NCBI GenBank assembly: GCA_045863295.1
Contig: BTWA01000024.1
Location: forward strand, 1 to 64,000
DNA: 64,000 nucleotides
Direction: 5' to 3'
Origin: Candidatus Hydrogenedentota bacterium
GTDB taxonomy: Bacteria; Hydrogenedentota; Hydrogenedentia; Hydrogenedentales; SLHB01
Shown: one piece after another, positions 26,443 to 37,391 of the stretch
Numbering within the stretch: the stretch's first letter is position 1
How the letters are laid out: each line of letters begins with the position of its first letter
Notes under the pieces: generated by a model
The model's input: only the letters and a program-made list of their open reading frames with translations
Database searches by the model: none
Told to the model about the DNA's origin: nothing
Program-made: the position numbers and the translations under genes

Positions 26443-27279
26443 ATGAGGAAGGCACATCAAACCGGATTTACGTTAATTGAATTGCTCGTCGTCATTGCCA
26501 TTATTGGCATATTGGCTGCGCTGCTCCTGCCCGCACTCTCGCTCGCGCGGCAAAAGGCGCAATCTTCGGCCTGTGTGAACAATCTGCGCCAGCTTTACTT
26601 GGCGAACACCATGTATGCATCCGAGCACCACGGCTTCTATGTCGTCGCCGCGCCGGATATCAACACCGGGTTTGGCGGCCGGACCCGCTGGCACGGAGCA
26701 CGCGATACCGTTGACCCGTCCACGCCGTTCGACCCCGCAAAAGGACCACTGGCGGAATATCTGCCCGATGGCGGACGGGTGAAGGAGTGTCCGGTTTTCA
26801 CGGAATACCGGCAACACGAAGCGGGCGCGAATACCTTTGAAGGGGGCACAGGCGGCTACGGATACAATCAGGCCTATATCGGAGGCACTTCGTACTCAAA
26901 AGACTGGATGAACGCACCGCTGTACTCGACTCAGGATACGCGTATCCACAGCCCGGCGGAAACCATCATGTTTGCCGATGCGGCGCTACCGATGCCCGGG
27001 TATCTCATCGAGTACAGCTTTTTGGAACCGCCGCATTTCGCGACTCCGGAAAGCCCAACCGGAAACCCGGCGTGGGGATTTGCCTCACCCAGCATGCATT
27101 TCCGGCACAACGGCCGAGTCAACGTCGTGTGGGCGGATGGGCATGTGACGAGCGAGGAGTACGAGTGGACCCCGTCCCAGACAAACGTCTATGGCGGCGA
27201 CAACTACCGGTGGGGTGTTGGCTTTTTTGGTCCCAAGGATAACCGGCTGTTTGACGTAGGGCCGAAAATTCGGTATTAG
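26443..27279 (+). CDS. Prepilin-type N-terminal cleavage/methylation protein with H-X9-DG motif (DUF1559-like)
   Basis: [56 protein letters not shown]. Confidence 0.95.
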   Translation: MRKAHQTGFTLIELLVVIAIIGILAALLLPALSLARQKAQSSACVNNLRQLYLANTMYASEHHGFYVVAAPDINTGFGGRTRWHGARDTVDPSTPFDPAKGPLAEYLPDGGRVKECPVFTEYRQHEAGANTFEGGTGGYGYNQAYIGGTSYSKDWMNAPLYSTQDTRIHSPAETIMFADAALPMPGYLIEYSFLEPPHFATPESPTGNPAWGFASPSMHFRHNGRVNVVWADGHVTSEEYEWTPSQTNVYGGDNYRWGVGFFGPKDNRLFDVGPKIRY

Positions 27280-27348
27280 GGGTTTTTGGAGCCGCCTGTG
27301 TCCAGGTGGCTCCACCTTTAACGCCTTGTAAATGAATAACTTGTATTA

Positions 27349-27416
27349 GAACGCAAATTCTCCTTGACAGATCGCCAAGTCGTATGGCACATTGAGCATC
27401 ACTTGAACAAACTTTC
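27349..27416. promoter_or_regulatory. Two candidate LexA (SOS) boxes upstream of recA
   Basis: GAAC-gcaa-ATTC (27349-27360) and GAAC-aaac-TTTC (27405-27416), each one mismatch from GAAC-N4-GTTC. Confidence 0.4.
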
Positions 27417-27443
27417 AGTATATTTTGAGGGGAGATGAAGATT

Positions 27444-28505
27444 ATGGCCGCCAAGAAAGAAGACGTTCGCTCCAAAGCGCTCGACATCGCCGTAGGACAA
27501 CTGGAAAAGCAGTTTGGCCGGGGCACCCTTGTGCGTTTGGGCGACCATCACAGCGCCAATCCTGCCCAGTCTATCTCCACGGGCAGCTTATCCCTCGATC
27601 TCGCTACAGGCATTGGCGGTCTGCCCCGGGGGCGCGTCATTGAGGTATTCGGGCCGGAATCGTCGGGTAAGACCACCCTGGCTCTCCACGTGGTGGGAAA
27701 TGCCCAAAAAGCAGGTGGGATTGCATGCTTTATCGACGCGGAGCATGCGTTGGATCCGACCTTCGCCACGAAACTGGGCGTCGATATCGACAATTTGCTG
27801 GTTTCCCAGCCCGACACGGCCGAACAGGCCCTCGAAATCTGCGAAACCCTCGTGCGGAGTAATGCCGTGGACGTAATCGTCATTGACTCCGTGGCGGCGT
27901 TGGTTCCAAAGGCCGAAGTGGAAGGCGACATGGGCGACTCACACATGGGTCTCCAAGCACGCCTGATGTCGCAGGCCTTGCGTAAACTGACCGCATCCAT
28001 CAGCCGGTCGCATACGCTGGTTATTTTTATCAACCAGATCCGCGACAAAATCGGCGTCATGTTCGGTAGTCCCGAAACCACGACAGGCGGCCGAGCCCTG
28101 AAGTTCTATGCCAGCATGCGAATCGATGTGCGCCGAATTGGTTCCATTAAAGAACGTGAAATGGATGTCGGTAACCGCGTCCGGGCCAAAGTGGTCAAGA
28201 ATAAGCTGAGTCCGCCCTTTCGCACCGCCGAATTTGATATCCTGTTCAACGAGGGCATTTCCCTCGAAGGCGACGTGCTCGACCTCGCCATCAAGGAAAA
28301 GCTCATTAACAAGAGCGGTGCCTGGTTTTCCATGGACGGGGAGAACCTCGGACAAGGCAGGGAAACCACGCGCATGTACCTCAAGGAACACCCGGAGGTG
28401 GTCGCGCGGCTTCGCGAACAGATCATGAAAGCGCAAAATTTCGCATGGTCGGCATCGGATGCCGATGAAAGGGCAGAGGACGACGAACCCATTGATGAAG
28501 GCTGA
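27444..28505 (+). CDS. recA: Recombinase RecA
   Basis: [57 protein letters not shown]; alternative start at 27435. Confidence 0.99.
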   Translation: MAAKKEDVRSKALDIAVGQLEKQFGRGTLVRLGDHHSANPAQSISTGSLSLDLATGIGGLPRGRVIEVFGPESSGKTTLALHVVGNAQKAGGIACFIDAEHALDPTFATKLGVDIDNLLVSQPDTAEQALEICETLVRSNAVDVIVIDSVAALVPKAEVEGDMGDSHMGLQARLMSQALRKLTASISRSHTLVIFINQIRDKIGVMFGSPETTTGGRALKFYASMRIDVRRIGSIKEREMDVGNRVRAKVVKNKLSPPFRTAEFDILFNEGISLEGDVLDLAIKEKLINKSGAWFSMDGENLGQGRETTRMYLKEHPEVVARLREQIMKAQNFAWSASDADERAEDDEPIDEG

Positions 28506-31500
28506 ACCGCCACGCGCGTCAAGACGGCATACCGTAAGCCGATCGGATCTCTCGGCGCGGTATGCACGCCTCTGGCTGGTTGCCCTATTGCTGTTTACAG
28601 GTCTGCTCTCCGCGGGAGCCTTGTTCATTAAGCATGAATTGGAGTCCGTCAGGGAGACGTTTCTCTCGGTGGTCAAAGGGCAGGTTGGCGCGGAGTTCAA
28701 CATCTCGTCCATATCCGTCTCCGGACTGCGTGGGTTCAAAGTTGCCAATCTGGAAACTGTCTTGGCACTTCCAGGCGGGCCGAATGTGGAAGTCTCCGTA
28801 CCGGAGGCGGTTTTGCATCTGAACCTGTTCGACCTGCTGTCCCGAACCATATCGATTGAGTCCGTGGAATTGCGCGGCGCTACGTTGGTTGTCGACAAAT
28901 TCCCCGAGTGGCTGGAATCCCAAGCGAGCCCAGTCCGGGCATCCTTTCTTGCCAATCCGCTGATGCCCGCGCGTTTCACCGGGCGCGAATGCAGACTTAT
29001 GTTGCGTTCCGACGGGGACGATTCACTAGTTTCGCTCACAGACATGTCGTTGGATATCGTCCGGCGCCCACAAACCGGCTGGATTCAGGCCGAGGTATCC
29101 GGCGCGTTTAACGGTTCTCCTGATTTGCCTTTCGATCTGACCTATCAATCCAACGGCGACGATCAATTCCACTTAAGAGCAAATACCAGCGTCATTACAC
29201 CCGCCGAAATTGCTCTCTTCTGGCCGGACGTTGGAAAGTACGTGGACACGGCACAGATGAAGCAGCCCGTGGTAACCGTCGATCGAATCGGAGATACGCT
29301 GGCGGCGGGCCTTGAGGCAGGCTTTGCGGATTTCAAAGCGATCAATCAGCCGGACTACCTGGATGCCCTTAACGGAACGCTGCGTGCTCAGGGGACCTTC
29401 GATGTGCGCTCCAAATCACTCAATGTGACATTTGCCAAAGTTTCGTCGAATGCGTTGGAGGCCGTGATATCCGGTGATATTCGTCTTGACGGCGAGGCGC
29501 CGGTGTTCGACTTGCACGTGGACGGACAGAGCGCGTCGGTTCAGCCTGCTCTCGAATATTATTTGAAGGATCCCACGGCGGGTTATGGGCAAGTATCACT
29601 CGATTTGGACGATCCGTGCCTCGTGTCCGGGTCGATCGCCGGCACTGCTTCCGAATTGTCCGGGAACTTTTCCGCTACTGTTTCCGGCGGAACGGCTGAA
29701 TACAAACCCGCGAAAGAAGAGTGGCCCTCGGCAACCGTACAACTAGGCCGTATCGAAGTGGAATGGGATGTGGCCGAGAAGTCGCCGAGAGTCTTCATGC
29801 GCGTACAAGATGGAACCATTCAACACGCGAAGACAAAGACGCAGGCGGAAAGTCTCGCAGGAATGGTAACCCTCCAGAACAGCGAAATTCGGATCGATCC
29901 AATGACCGCGGAATACCGGAATCAGTCGCTCATGATTGAAGGTCACTACGACATTGAAACCCGCAAAGGGGAAGCCGCCTTTTACGGCACGGTCGCGGGT
30001 ATTGAAGATACGTTCATAGCAGAAACGTTCAAGAATGTCTCTGTAAAAGGAACAGCCGGACTCCGCGGGACGGCCAAAGCGGACGGCGACCGGTACACGT
30101 TACAGGCGGATGTCGATGTGACTGGCGTCCAGATTGATCATCGTTGGTGGTTCAGCAAGCCCGCCGGTTTGGGATTGCTCGGCAAAGTAAACGTCGACAT
30201 TCAATCCAAGAAGAGCATGGACATCACGGCGGATGTGATCGCCGCTGAATCCGACATACAGGCGGAGGCGCACTTCGTTCCTTCCGGCAAGCAATGGAAC
30301 ATGATCCACTGCCTTTGCACTTCCAAGAATCTGGATGTGATGACCGCCGGCATGTGTCTGCCCATTGGATACCGGATTACGGGAGGGTCCGTAAATAACT
30401 CGTCCTATAAATGGGAACGGGAACCCGGAAGCGAAAACCCAAAAGCATGGCGTTCTTCGTTTGCTGGAATCATCGATGAAATTCAACTGCGCGCCACGGG
30501 TGCCGACCAGCCAATTCAAATCAAGGACGTGACCGTCAGCGGTTCGATGAGCGAAGGCGACAATCCCACAGGAAGCTTGGTGGTTGCTGCAAAGGAAGGC
30601 ATCATGCCCCCGTTCGGTGGCGTTTGGTTCTCTCGCTTCGAACGCGATTTGAATCTGTATCCGCCGGTGGACCGCTATTGGACATACGATTTATCCGCCG
30701 AAACGTTGGATGCAAAGCCTTGGCACGGTACCGGCTTTAAAGGCAATGCCTTCAGCACGCTCAATGAATTCGGATTGACGTCGTATTCCGCCGTTGTCGA
30801 CGGTGGCCGGATTGAAGGCATGTATCGAAAAGACCAGCGGGAAAATTCATATACCGCCAAGAATTCATGGCAGGATGTGCCTGCCAAATACTTCTTTGAC
30901 CATTTGAAATTGCCGTACGTGTTTTCTGGGCCCATGACAGGAGAGGTCTCGTATTCGCAAGACCGCGACGACCCCAGCACGTTGGAAGGGTCCGGGGAAT
31001 TCACCATGCAAAATGGCGAGTTCAGCGCCGATTTCCTGCTGAAACAGCTTCAGGAACAATTTGAAGGCGCATCCGCGCTTCCTCCGTCCTTGAAATTCGC
31101 CAGCCTGGATGTAGACTTGGCCTTCCAGGGCGATGTCGTTATGACCCCATCCATACTCCTGGAGTCTGACGCCTTGAAGCTGAAAAGCGAAGGCCAATTT
31201 GTCGTAGGGGGGGACATGGATTACGAAGTCACCATGGCCATTGCACCCGAAGCAGCGGAGCGAATTCCCGCGCTCCGCGAAAGTTTTAACATTGCGGGCC
31301 ACAAAATCTCCCAGAACGACATTGAGCTGGCATTTAAAGTAAACGGACCCACGTTGAGTCCGCGAAGCCAAATCGCGGGTATTCCCCCTGTACGGGTAAC
31401 ACTTGTCAGTGGAGCCCTGGAAGCAGCCAACGAAGCATTGCGCGTAATTGATGCACCTCGCAAGATATTGGTAGACTTGCTTAAGATAGGTGGCGGTATT

Positions 31501-31536
31501 GTGGGATCCCGCCGGGCCAACGAGGGGAATTCGTAA
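28495..31536 (+). CDS. AsmA-like large membrane-anchored beta-rich protein
   Basis: N-terminal TM anchor, long beta-strand-rich body, AsmA_2-like C-terminus (LEGSGEF....G, F.V.GPTLSP). Confidence 0.65.
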   Translation: MKAEPPRASRRHTVSRSDLSARYARLWLVALLLFTGLLSAGALFIKHELESVRETFLSVVKGQVGAEFNISSISVSGLRGFKVANLETVLALPGGPNVEVSVPEAVLHLNLFDLLSRTISIESVELRGATLVVDKFPEWLESQASPVRASFLANPLMPARFTGRECRLMLRSDGDDSLVSLTDMSLDIVRRPQTGWIQAEVSGAFNGSPDLPFDLTYQSNGDDQFHLRANTSVITPAEIALFWPDVGKYVDTAQMKQPVVTVDRIGDTLAAGLEAGFADFKAINQPDYLDALNGTLRAQGTFDVRSKSLNVTFAKVSSNALEAVISGDIRLDGEAPVFDLHVDGQSASVQPALEYYLKDPTAGYGQVSLDLDDPCLVSGSIAGTASELSGNFSATVSGGTAEYKPAKEEWPSATVQLGRIEVEWDVAEKSPRVFMRVQDGTIQHAKTKTQAESLAGMVTLQNSEIRIDPMTAEYRNQSLMIEGHYDIETRKGEAAFYGTVAGIEDTFIAETFKNVSVKGTAGLRGTAKADGDRYTLQADVDVTGVQIDHRWWFSKPAGLGLLGKVNVDIQSKKSMDITADVIAAESDIQAEAHFVPSGKQWNMIHCLCTSKNLDVMTAGMCLPIGYRITGGSVNNSSYKWEREPGSENPKAWRSSFAGIIDEIQLRATGADQPIQIKDVTVSGSMSEGDNPTGSLVVAAKEGIMPPFGGVWFSRFERDLNLYPPVDRYWTYDLSAETLDAKPWHGTGFKGNAFSTLNEFGLTSYSAVVDGGRIEGMYRKDQRENSYTAKNSWQDVPAKYFFDHLKLPYVFSGPMTGEVSYSQDRDDPSTLEGSGEFTMQNGEFSADFLLKQLQEQFEGASALPPSLKFASLDVDLAFQGDVVMTPSILLESDALKLKSEGQFVVGGDMDYEVTMAIAPEAAERIPALRESFNIAGHKISQNDIELAFKVNGPTLSPRSQIAGIPPVRVTLVSGALEAANEALRVIDAPRKILVDLLKIGGGIVGSRRANEGNS

Positions 31537-31545
31537 CACGTATTT

Positions 31546-32115
31546 ATGGAAATTCGTATCGCAAAGCCGGGCAAGGAATGTTCCGGATCCAGCAAGCCAT
31601 TCGAACACGGTGAAGATGTAGTTTCCGTTATACGGATGAACGAAAACCGGTTTGAGCGGCAAGACTATGCCAGTGTAGCGTGGACCGAGCAATGGGCCGA
31701 AGGGGCTATTGCCGTCTGGAGCACAAAGTATATCGACCCGGCCGTTGCCGATCAGCAGCCCCCCGAGGTCTTTTCCCCGTTGCGCCAGTCCTTCTATGAA
31801 GCCGTTGAAGGGGATACACGCATTCACATGGCCACCGCATTCCTCGCTGCGGAATTGCTCCGCCGGCAAAAGGTATTCAGGCTCATTAAGCATGCGGATG
31901 GAGACGATGGAGAATCCAAAGTCGCGCTGTATACCGATCGCATTGGAAACAGGATTATTGAAGTGCGTGATCCATTTCTCACATTGGGAGAATTGGAAAA
32001 GGGGCGGATCGCGCTAATGGAACGCCTCTCCCAATTGGAACAACCCGCAAATGCAACGGACGAAGTGAACACAGACCATGGCAAGCCAGCGCAAAACCAA
32101 CCATCCGCCAACTGA
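31546..32115 (+). CDS. Conserved hypothetical protein
   Basis: C..S.KPF..GE.V.S, R.DY, LA..L.R.KV.RL, V.DP.L pattern; in operon context. Confidence 0.75.
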   Translation: MEIRIAKPGKECSGSSKPFEHGEDVVSVIRMNENRFERQDYASVAWTEQWAEGAIAVWSTKYIDPAVADQQPPEVFSPLRQSFYEAVEGDTRIHMATAFLAAELLRRQKVFRLIKHADGDDGESKVALYTDRIGNRIIEVRDPFLTLGELEKGRIALMERLSQLEQPANATDEVNTDHGKPAQNQPSAN

Positions 32116-32917
32116 AGACGGGCCGGTATTACAGTTGTCATCCCACCAGTTGACCTTGGCGATTTCCGCTCTGTTGGTGGTGGCATGTCTGCTTTTTCTG
32201 TTGGGCGGATTTGCCTTCAGCTACGACAGGGCCTTTTTTGGCGAAAAGGCGGAGAGCTTTCCGGAGCCCGGCGAAGTGCAACGGCCCGCACCCAACCCGG
32301 TAACCAATGCAAAAGCTCCGGTACAAGGGGTGCAACAGTCGCCCCGCCGTGTGGAGCCCATCGCAAAGAAGGAATCGCCGGCCAGCAAACCCGCCGCGCC
32401 AGGAAACAGTTCCAAGTCGATCGTGGACATTCCCGCTCCCACAGGTGGCAACAATGCGGTACCGGCCAACAAGCCTCAAGATCCCGTGAAGCCAGCCCCA
32501 GTGATTACCGAGCCGGTTCCTGAGATGCCCGAAATACCGGAAGACAAGCCAGAATTGCCCAAAGAGGTCGCGATGGCGGATCCCAAACCTACCGATCCTG
32601 TTCCAGCGGATCCCGCACCTGTTGCCGACACGAAACCGGAAGACGCAGCCGACAGCAAACCGGAGTCCAGTGCGGGCAACTTTGTGATTCAGTTGGCCGC
32701 ATTCGCAAGCAACAATCAAAAGGGAGCCGATAAGTTTCAGCGCGACGTGCTGGAGAAGTACGGGCTGATAGTAAAACTGGCTCCTTCGCCGGATGGAAAG
32801 CACTTGCGCGCACACCTGGGACCATATGGTTCCCGAGCCGAGGCTGAGACCGCACTTGCGGGGGTCAAGGATCACCCCGAGTTTAAGGGGTGTTTTGTCA
32901 AAGCGGGAGACAAGTAA
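32078..32917 (+). CDS. SPOR domain cell-division/peptidoglycan-binding protein
   Basis: TM helix, Pro-rich linker, C-terminal FVIQLAAF...R..LGPYGSRAEA. Confidence 0.88.
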   Translation: MASQRKTNHPPTEDGPVLQLSSHQLTLAISALLVVACLLFLLGGFAFSYDRAFFGEKAESFPEPGEVQRPAPNPVTNAKAPVQGVQQSPRRVEPIAKKESPASKPAAPGNSSKSIVDIPAPTGGNNAVPANKPQDPVKPAPVITEPVPEMPEIPEDKPELPKEVAMADPKPTDPVPADPAPVADTKPEDAADSKPESSAGNFVIQLAAFASNNQKGADKFQRDVLEKYGLIVKLAPSPDGKHLRAHLGPYGSRAEAETALAGVKDHPEFKGCFVKAGDK

Positions 32918-32944
32918 TGATTACATTTAGCCTGAGGGCATGAC

Positions 32945-33816
32945 ATGAAAGTCGCAATCATAGGACCAGGGGCACTCGGGTGTTATCTGGCGGCTCGCCT
33001 CACGAAGGCACACGTCGAGACGGTATTGGTGGACCATCGCCCCGACCGCATTGATCGTCTGAACCGCCAGGGAATCACCTTGGATTACGCTGGTGAGACC
33101 ATTCACGTTCGACCCAAAGTCGTCCCGAGTGTTCCAAGTGGTTCCAAGCTCACTATTATATGTGTCAAGTCTAATTTTTCAAATGCATTACAAATAGACG
33201 GATCGAGTGAAGTTTTGACTTTTCAAGGTGGCTTGGGGAATGTTGAAACACTATGTTCCAAGGTTGGAAGCGCCAACATCCTAGCCGGTGTGATATCCGA
33301 CGCGGCTGTTTTGCGCTCCGAAGGTAATGCATATTGTACTTATCCGGGTTCAATTCGGCTCGGATCATGGACCTCGTGTCCCACGGCAACTGCCGAAGAG
33401 GTTTTGGGGGCAGCGGGATTCCCCATAGAAATAACGGATGCCCCCGGACAGGTAATTTGGGAAAATGTCGCAGTCCAGTCAGGTATAGAACCGTTGACAG
33501 CGATCTTGAATGTCTCGAATGGCAAGATAATCGAGATTCCGGCTGTACGGCAATTGATGCGCGATCTGGTGGTTGAGGCGGTGAAGGTTGCGTCCAAGGA
33601 TATCGTTTCAATCGAAGCCTCGTTGAGGTGGCCGAAGAACGGTGCATCCAAACGTATGACCACATCTCCGCCATGCTGCAAGACGTCAGGCAGGGCAAAG
33701 TGACGGAGATAGAATCCGTCAGCGGCGAAATTCTTCGCCGGGCACAACATGCCGCCCTTCCATGTCCTCGCACCCGCGTGGTATGGCAGATGATGAAGGG
33801 CCTTGAACAGCGGTGA
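32945..33816 (+). pseudogene. panE: Ketopantoate reductase-like gene, frameshifted near 33596
   Basis: IIGPGALG Rossmann motif and CVKS in the frame from 32945. The C-terminus (GYRF...SAMLQDVRQGKVTEIE..SG) continues in the -1 frame to 33816. Confidence 0.8.
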
Positions 33817-34517
33817 GGCACCCTGGCCTCGTTTACTCCAGTCCGGTAACGTTTACGGCCAAACAGCGGCTCAGCCTCGCTGTAATTCCTCGTGCGATTG
33901 CGGGTGTCTTGCACGCTTCCTGTTCTACCTGCCGCGTCGAAAAGCGTGGACTCGATCACTGGAATACAGCCATGGCACGTACAGGCCATGCTGTTTTGTG
34001 TTTTTGGCACGAAACCTTGCCGTTGGCCATCTATACCTACCGAAATACGGGGTTTCACACCCTGACCAGCTATAGCTACGACGGCGAAATCGCTGCACGG
34101 CTCATTGAACCGTTTGGGTTGCATGCGCTGCGAGGGTCCTCGTCCCGTGGAGGGGCTGAAGCGTTGCGCGAGTTGGAGAAGGCCATTCAACTGGTGCCCA
34201 TCGTGGGTATCACCAACGATGGCCCCAAGGGCCCCCGGCGGGAATCCAAGCCTGGTCCGGCGATCCTCGCGGCCCGAACCCAGAATCCCATAATTCCCAA
34301 TGCGTTCGCGATTACGCGGTGCAAGCGCATGAAGTCCTGGGACCGCCTAATATTTCCCGCGCCTTTTTCACGGATTGTATGCGCGTACGGACCTGCCATC
34401 GATCCTCCGTCCGACACCAGCGAAGAGGCAATCGAGTCCACGCGTCTGGAGTTGGAGCTGGCCATGAACCGGTTGCAGGAATCTCTGGAATCCGAACTCA
34501 ACGTCTCAAAAGGGTGA
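33813..34517 (+). CDS. DUF374 lysophospholipid acyltransferase family protein
   Basis: FWH, S.S.DGE, RGSSSRGG, DGPKGP, SWDR..P.PFS. Confidence 0.92.
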   Translation: MRHPGLVYSSPVTFTAKQRLSLAVIPRAIAGVLHASCSTCRVEKRGLDHWNTAMARTGHAVLCFWHETLPLAIYTYRNTGFHTLTSYSYDGEIAARLIEPFGLHALRGSSSRGGAEALRELEKAIQLVPIVGITNDGPKGPRRESKPGPAILAARTQNPIIPNAFAITRCKRMKSWDRLIFPAPFSRIVCAYGPAIDPPSDTSEEAIESTRLELELAMNRLQESLESELNVSKG

Positions 34518-34605
34518 CTGGCAGCGCGGGTTCGCAAACACAGATCGACTTCAACTAATCTGAATCGCCCCCCCTCTCGAAAAGCCCGGCCCCGATGCCG
34601 CATAT

Positions 34606-37275
34606 ATGAAGGGCTCTACCATGAACCGGTTGCGTCTCCGCATTTGCTTGATTGCATTATTAACCAGCGTGGCCCAAGCAGACACCATTATCGCGTGGGA
34701 GTTTGATTCGCCTCAGGACATAAACTACTGGGTACCCAACGCTCATTTAGCCAATGTAGAACAAATCGACGGAAAACTGGTTGCCGATGCGGTGGACAGC
34801 GATCCCTACTTTTCATGCCTTGACCTCGCCCTGGATGCGACACCTTGGCAATACGTGATTGTACGCATTCGCGCAAGCGAATCCGGCCAGGGAGAACTCT
34901 TCTGGTCCGGCACCCGGGAAGGGCCTCACGGAGGCTTGTCGCAGGAAAAATCCACACCTTTCACCGTGACCAAAGGCAACTGGAATGACGTTGTCATCTA
35001 TCCGTTCTGGCATACGGAAGGTTCGATTGATCAGTTGCGGCTCGACTTGTACAACGGCGCACACTATGAAATCGACTCCATCACAATAGGGGGTTGGAAT
35101 CAGGAATCCGATCCTTCCCTGGGCGAACCACAAACAGATCCTTGGCGGGATTGGCATTCCGTGCCGGGATCGGACGTGCATTTTTTCCGAGGCACCGGCG
35201 ATTACTCTCTCATTCCATTCGCGATAATTCAGGCACGAGCGGAAATCGAGACTTCCTGTGCCTTTGTCTGGGCCACGCGCGGTCGTCCCGGAATGCATGA
35301 AGAGCCGTTTACGGTCAAGAAGGGTGACTGGCAGTACTTCAACCTGGAGATGGCCGGAAACCCGAATTGGCGCGACACGGTTGCGGTCGGTCTAAGAATG
35401 CCCGCCGGCGCATTTGTAGGGGAGTTTGGCTTCTCACAAACGCCGCAAGGGCCCCCCGTAATCCAGTCGATTTACTTTGGCATGGAGAATGGCGCCCCCC
35501 GAGCGGGACGCCCCGCGTCGCTTATGCTACAAGTAGAGAATACAGGTGGAAAGCCCTCGATCTTGAACGACGTGGAATTATTTCCGGTGGAAGGGGCGAT
35601 GTTGCAAAGCGACGTAGTTCAATCCATGGAACCCATCGAAATGGGTGATCGCACTTCCGTTCGATGGACTGTCGCGTTTTCGAATCCGGGTACGTACCAA
35701 TTCTCCGCGGGCCGGGGTGGCGCGACCTATGTATCGTCTCCCATTCACGTGCTTCCGGCGCGGCGCATTGAACCGTTGGCGTATGTACCGCCGCCGCTAC
35801 CGGTTCATACCGATGCAGACATACTTGCGTATTACTTCCCGGGTTGGGACGCGGATGCGAAATGGGATCCGGTTCGCGGCACGGCCCCGCAACGCAAACC
35901 CATACTCGGCTACTACGACGAATCCAGTCCAGAAATCGTCGATTGGCAAATCAAATGGTCTGTCGAAAACGGCATAGACGGGTTTCTGGTCGATTGGTAC
36001 TGGGTCAAAGGCTCGCAACATCTCACCCATTGGTTCGACGCGTACCGAAAAGCTAGGTACCGCGACCAGCTCAAAGTGGCGATCATGTGGGCGAATCACA
36101 ACCCCCCGAACACACACAGCCGCGAGGACTGGCGCAATGTCACTCGGGAATGGATAGACAACTATTTCAGCCTTCCGGCCTACTACCGAATCGGCAATCG
36201 ACCCGCCATTTACCTCTGGGATCCGCGCAATCTGTTCAATGACCTTGGTGGGACGGAAGAGGTGAAGGCGGCGTTGGACGAATCGCAGGCCATGGCGCGC
36301 GCAGCGGGGTATGAAGGCATCGTCTTTATTGCCATGGGATATGGATTCGCGGCAAGCGATCTTGCGCGCATGCGCGCTGAAGGATTCGAAGGCGTTACCA
36401 CCTACCATGAATGGGGCGATGCCAACACCCCCGGCACGGGGGTTACAAAACCGTTTCAAATCGTTGCCGATACCGTGGAGACTTCCTGGAAAGCCCGCCA
36501 CGATGCTGCGTTCCAAGCCGGACTGGCGTACTATCCCGTGGCCGATACCGGGTGGGACAGCCGCCCTTGGCATGGTGGAAAGAGCTATGTGCTCGACGGC
36601 CGTACACCAGAACATTTTCGTACCATACTGGGCAAAGCCAAAGACTTTCTCGGGCGCACCGGAGGAAATACCATCGTGCTGGGGCCGATGAATGAATGGG
36701 GCGAAGGAAGCTATATCGAGCCGAATACCGAATACGGATTCGCCATGATGAACGCAATACGCGAAGTATTTGCATCGCAACCGGCGGATGGCTGGCCCGA
36801 AAATATTACGCCGGAGGACGTCGCTCTCGGACCCTATGATTATCCGAAACTCGATCCGGTAACCTCGTGGGAGTTTGATAAGGGTCTCGACGGTTGGCGC
36901 GCCATGATGGGTCTGGGCGACGTTCGCGTTCAAGATGGAGCCATGATGGCGACAACGTCATCGGCGGATCCCGCGTTCGTGGTGGAGCTTCGGAGCGTGC
37001 GTGCCAAAGATTTCAGCTCCCTGACCATCAATATGCAACTCGAAGGACCCTTGGAGACTGGCGAAACACTTCAAGTATTCTGGTCGAACAGCGGCGGTCC
37101 CACGAATGAATCCGCAAGCGTTCATGTACCCCTCGCACAGGATGGAAAAATGCACACCTACTCCATACCCGTCGTCGAGAATCCCCGCTGGAGGGGAAGG
37201 ATTTCGTTGCTGCGACTGGATCCCTGCAACCGCGCCGATGTGAAAGTGACCGTCGAAAACGTGAGACTGGAGTAG
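34606..37275 (+). CDS. Secreted GH99-like/WbsX-like glycoside hydrolase domain protein with flanking beta-sandwich domains
   Basis: AYYFPGW, P.LGYYDE..PE..DWQI, DWYW, MWANH, GWDSRPW, NEWGEGSYIEP; N- and C-terminal LRLD modules. Confidence 0.85.
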   Translation: MKGSTMNRLRLRICLIALLTSVAQADTIIAWEFDSPQDINYWVPNAHLANVEQIDGKLVADAVDSDPYFSCLDLALDATPWQYVIVRIRASESGQGELFWSGTREGPHGGLSQEKSTPFTVTKGNWNDVVIYPFWHTEGSIDQLRLDLYNGAHYEIDSITIGGWNQESDPSLGEPQTDPWRDWHSVPGSDVHFFRGTGDYSLIPFAIIQARAEIETSCAFVWATRGRPGMHEEPFTVKKGDWQYFNLEMAGNPNWRDTVAVGLRMPAGAFVGEFGFSQTPQGPPVIQSIYFGMENGAPRAGRPASLMLQVENTGGKPSILNDVELFPVEGAMLQSDVVQSMEPIEMGDRTSVRWTVAFSNPGTYQFSAGRGGATYVSSPIHVLPARRIEPLAYVPPPLPVHTDADILAYYFPGWDADAKWDPVRGTAPQRKPILGYYDESSPEIVDWQIKWSVENGIDGFLVDWYWVKGSQHLTHWFDAYRKARYRDQLKVAIMWANHNPPNTHSREDWRNVTREWIDNYFSLPAYYRIGNRPAIYLWDPRNLFNDLGGTEEVKAALDESQAMARAAGYEGIVFIAMGYGFAASDLARMRAEGFEGVTTYHEWGDANTPGTGVTKPFQIVADTVETSWKARHDAAFQAGLAYYPVADTGWDSRPWHGGKSYVLDGRTPEHFRTILGKAKDFLGRTGGNTIVLGPMNEWGEGSYIEPNTEYGFAMMNAIREVFASQPADGWPENITPEDVALGPYDYPKLDPVTSWEFDKGLDGWRAMMGLGDVRVQDGAMMATTSSADPAFVVELRSVRAKDFSSLTINMQLEGPLETGETLQVFWSNSGGPTNESASVHVPLAQDGKMHTYSIPVVENPRWRGRISLLRLDPCNRADVKVTVENVRLE

Positions 37276-37334
37276 GCGTGCGGGATAAACCCCCTCTGTT
37301 CCTATCAAAACGCGAGCGTGTGGCTCATGACGAG

Positions 37335-37374
37335 ACTTGGGCAGGCGGCAGTTTCCGCTTCCGCCTGCCCAAGT
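37335..37374. terminator. Stem-loop between convergent genes
   Basis: Perfect 14-bp inverted repeat ACTTGGGCAGGCGG...CCGCCTGCCCAAGT. Confidence 0.65.
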
Positions 37375-37391
37375 GACGCACCGCATTTCCG

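Noticed and set aside
33590..33605. Programmed -1 ribosomal frameshift in panE
   Set aside because: No X XXY YYZ slippery site is present; mutation or an assembly indel is more likely.
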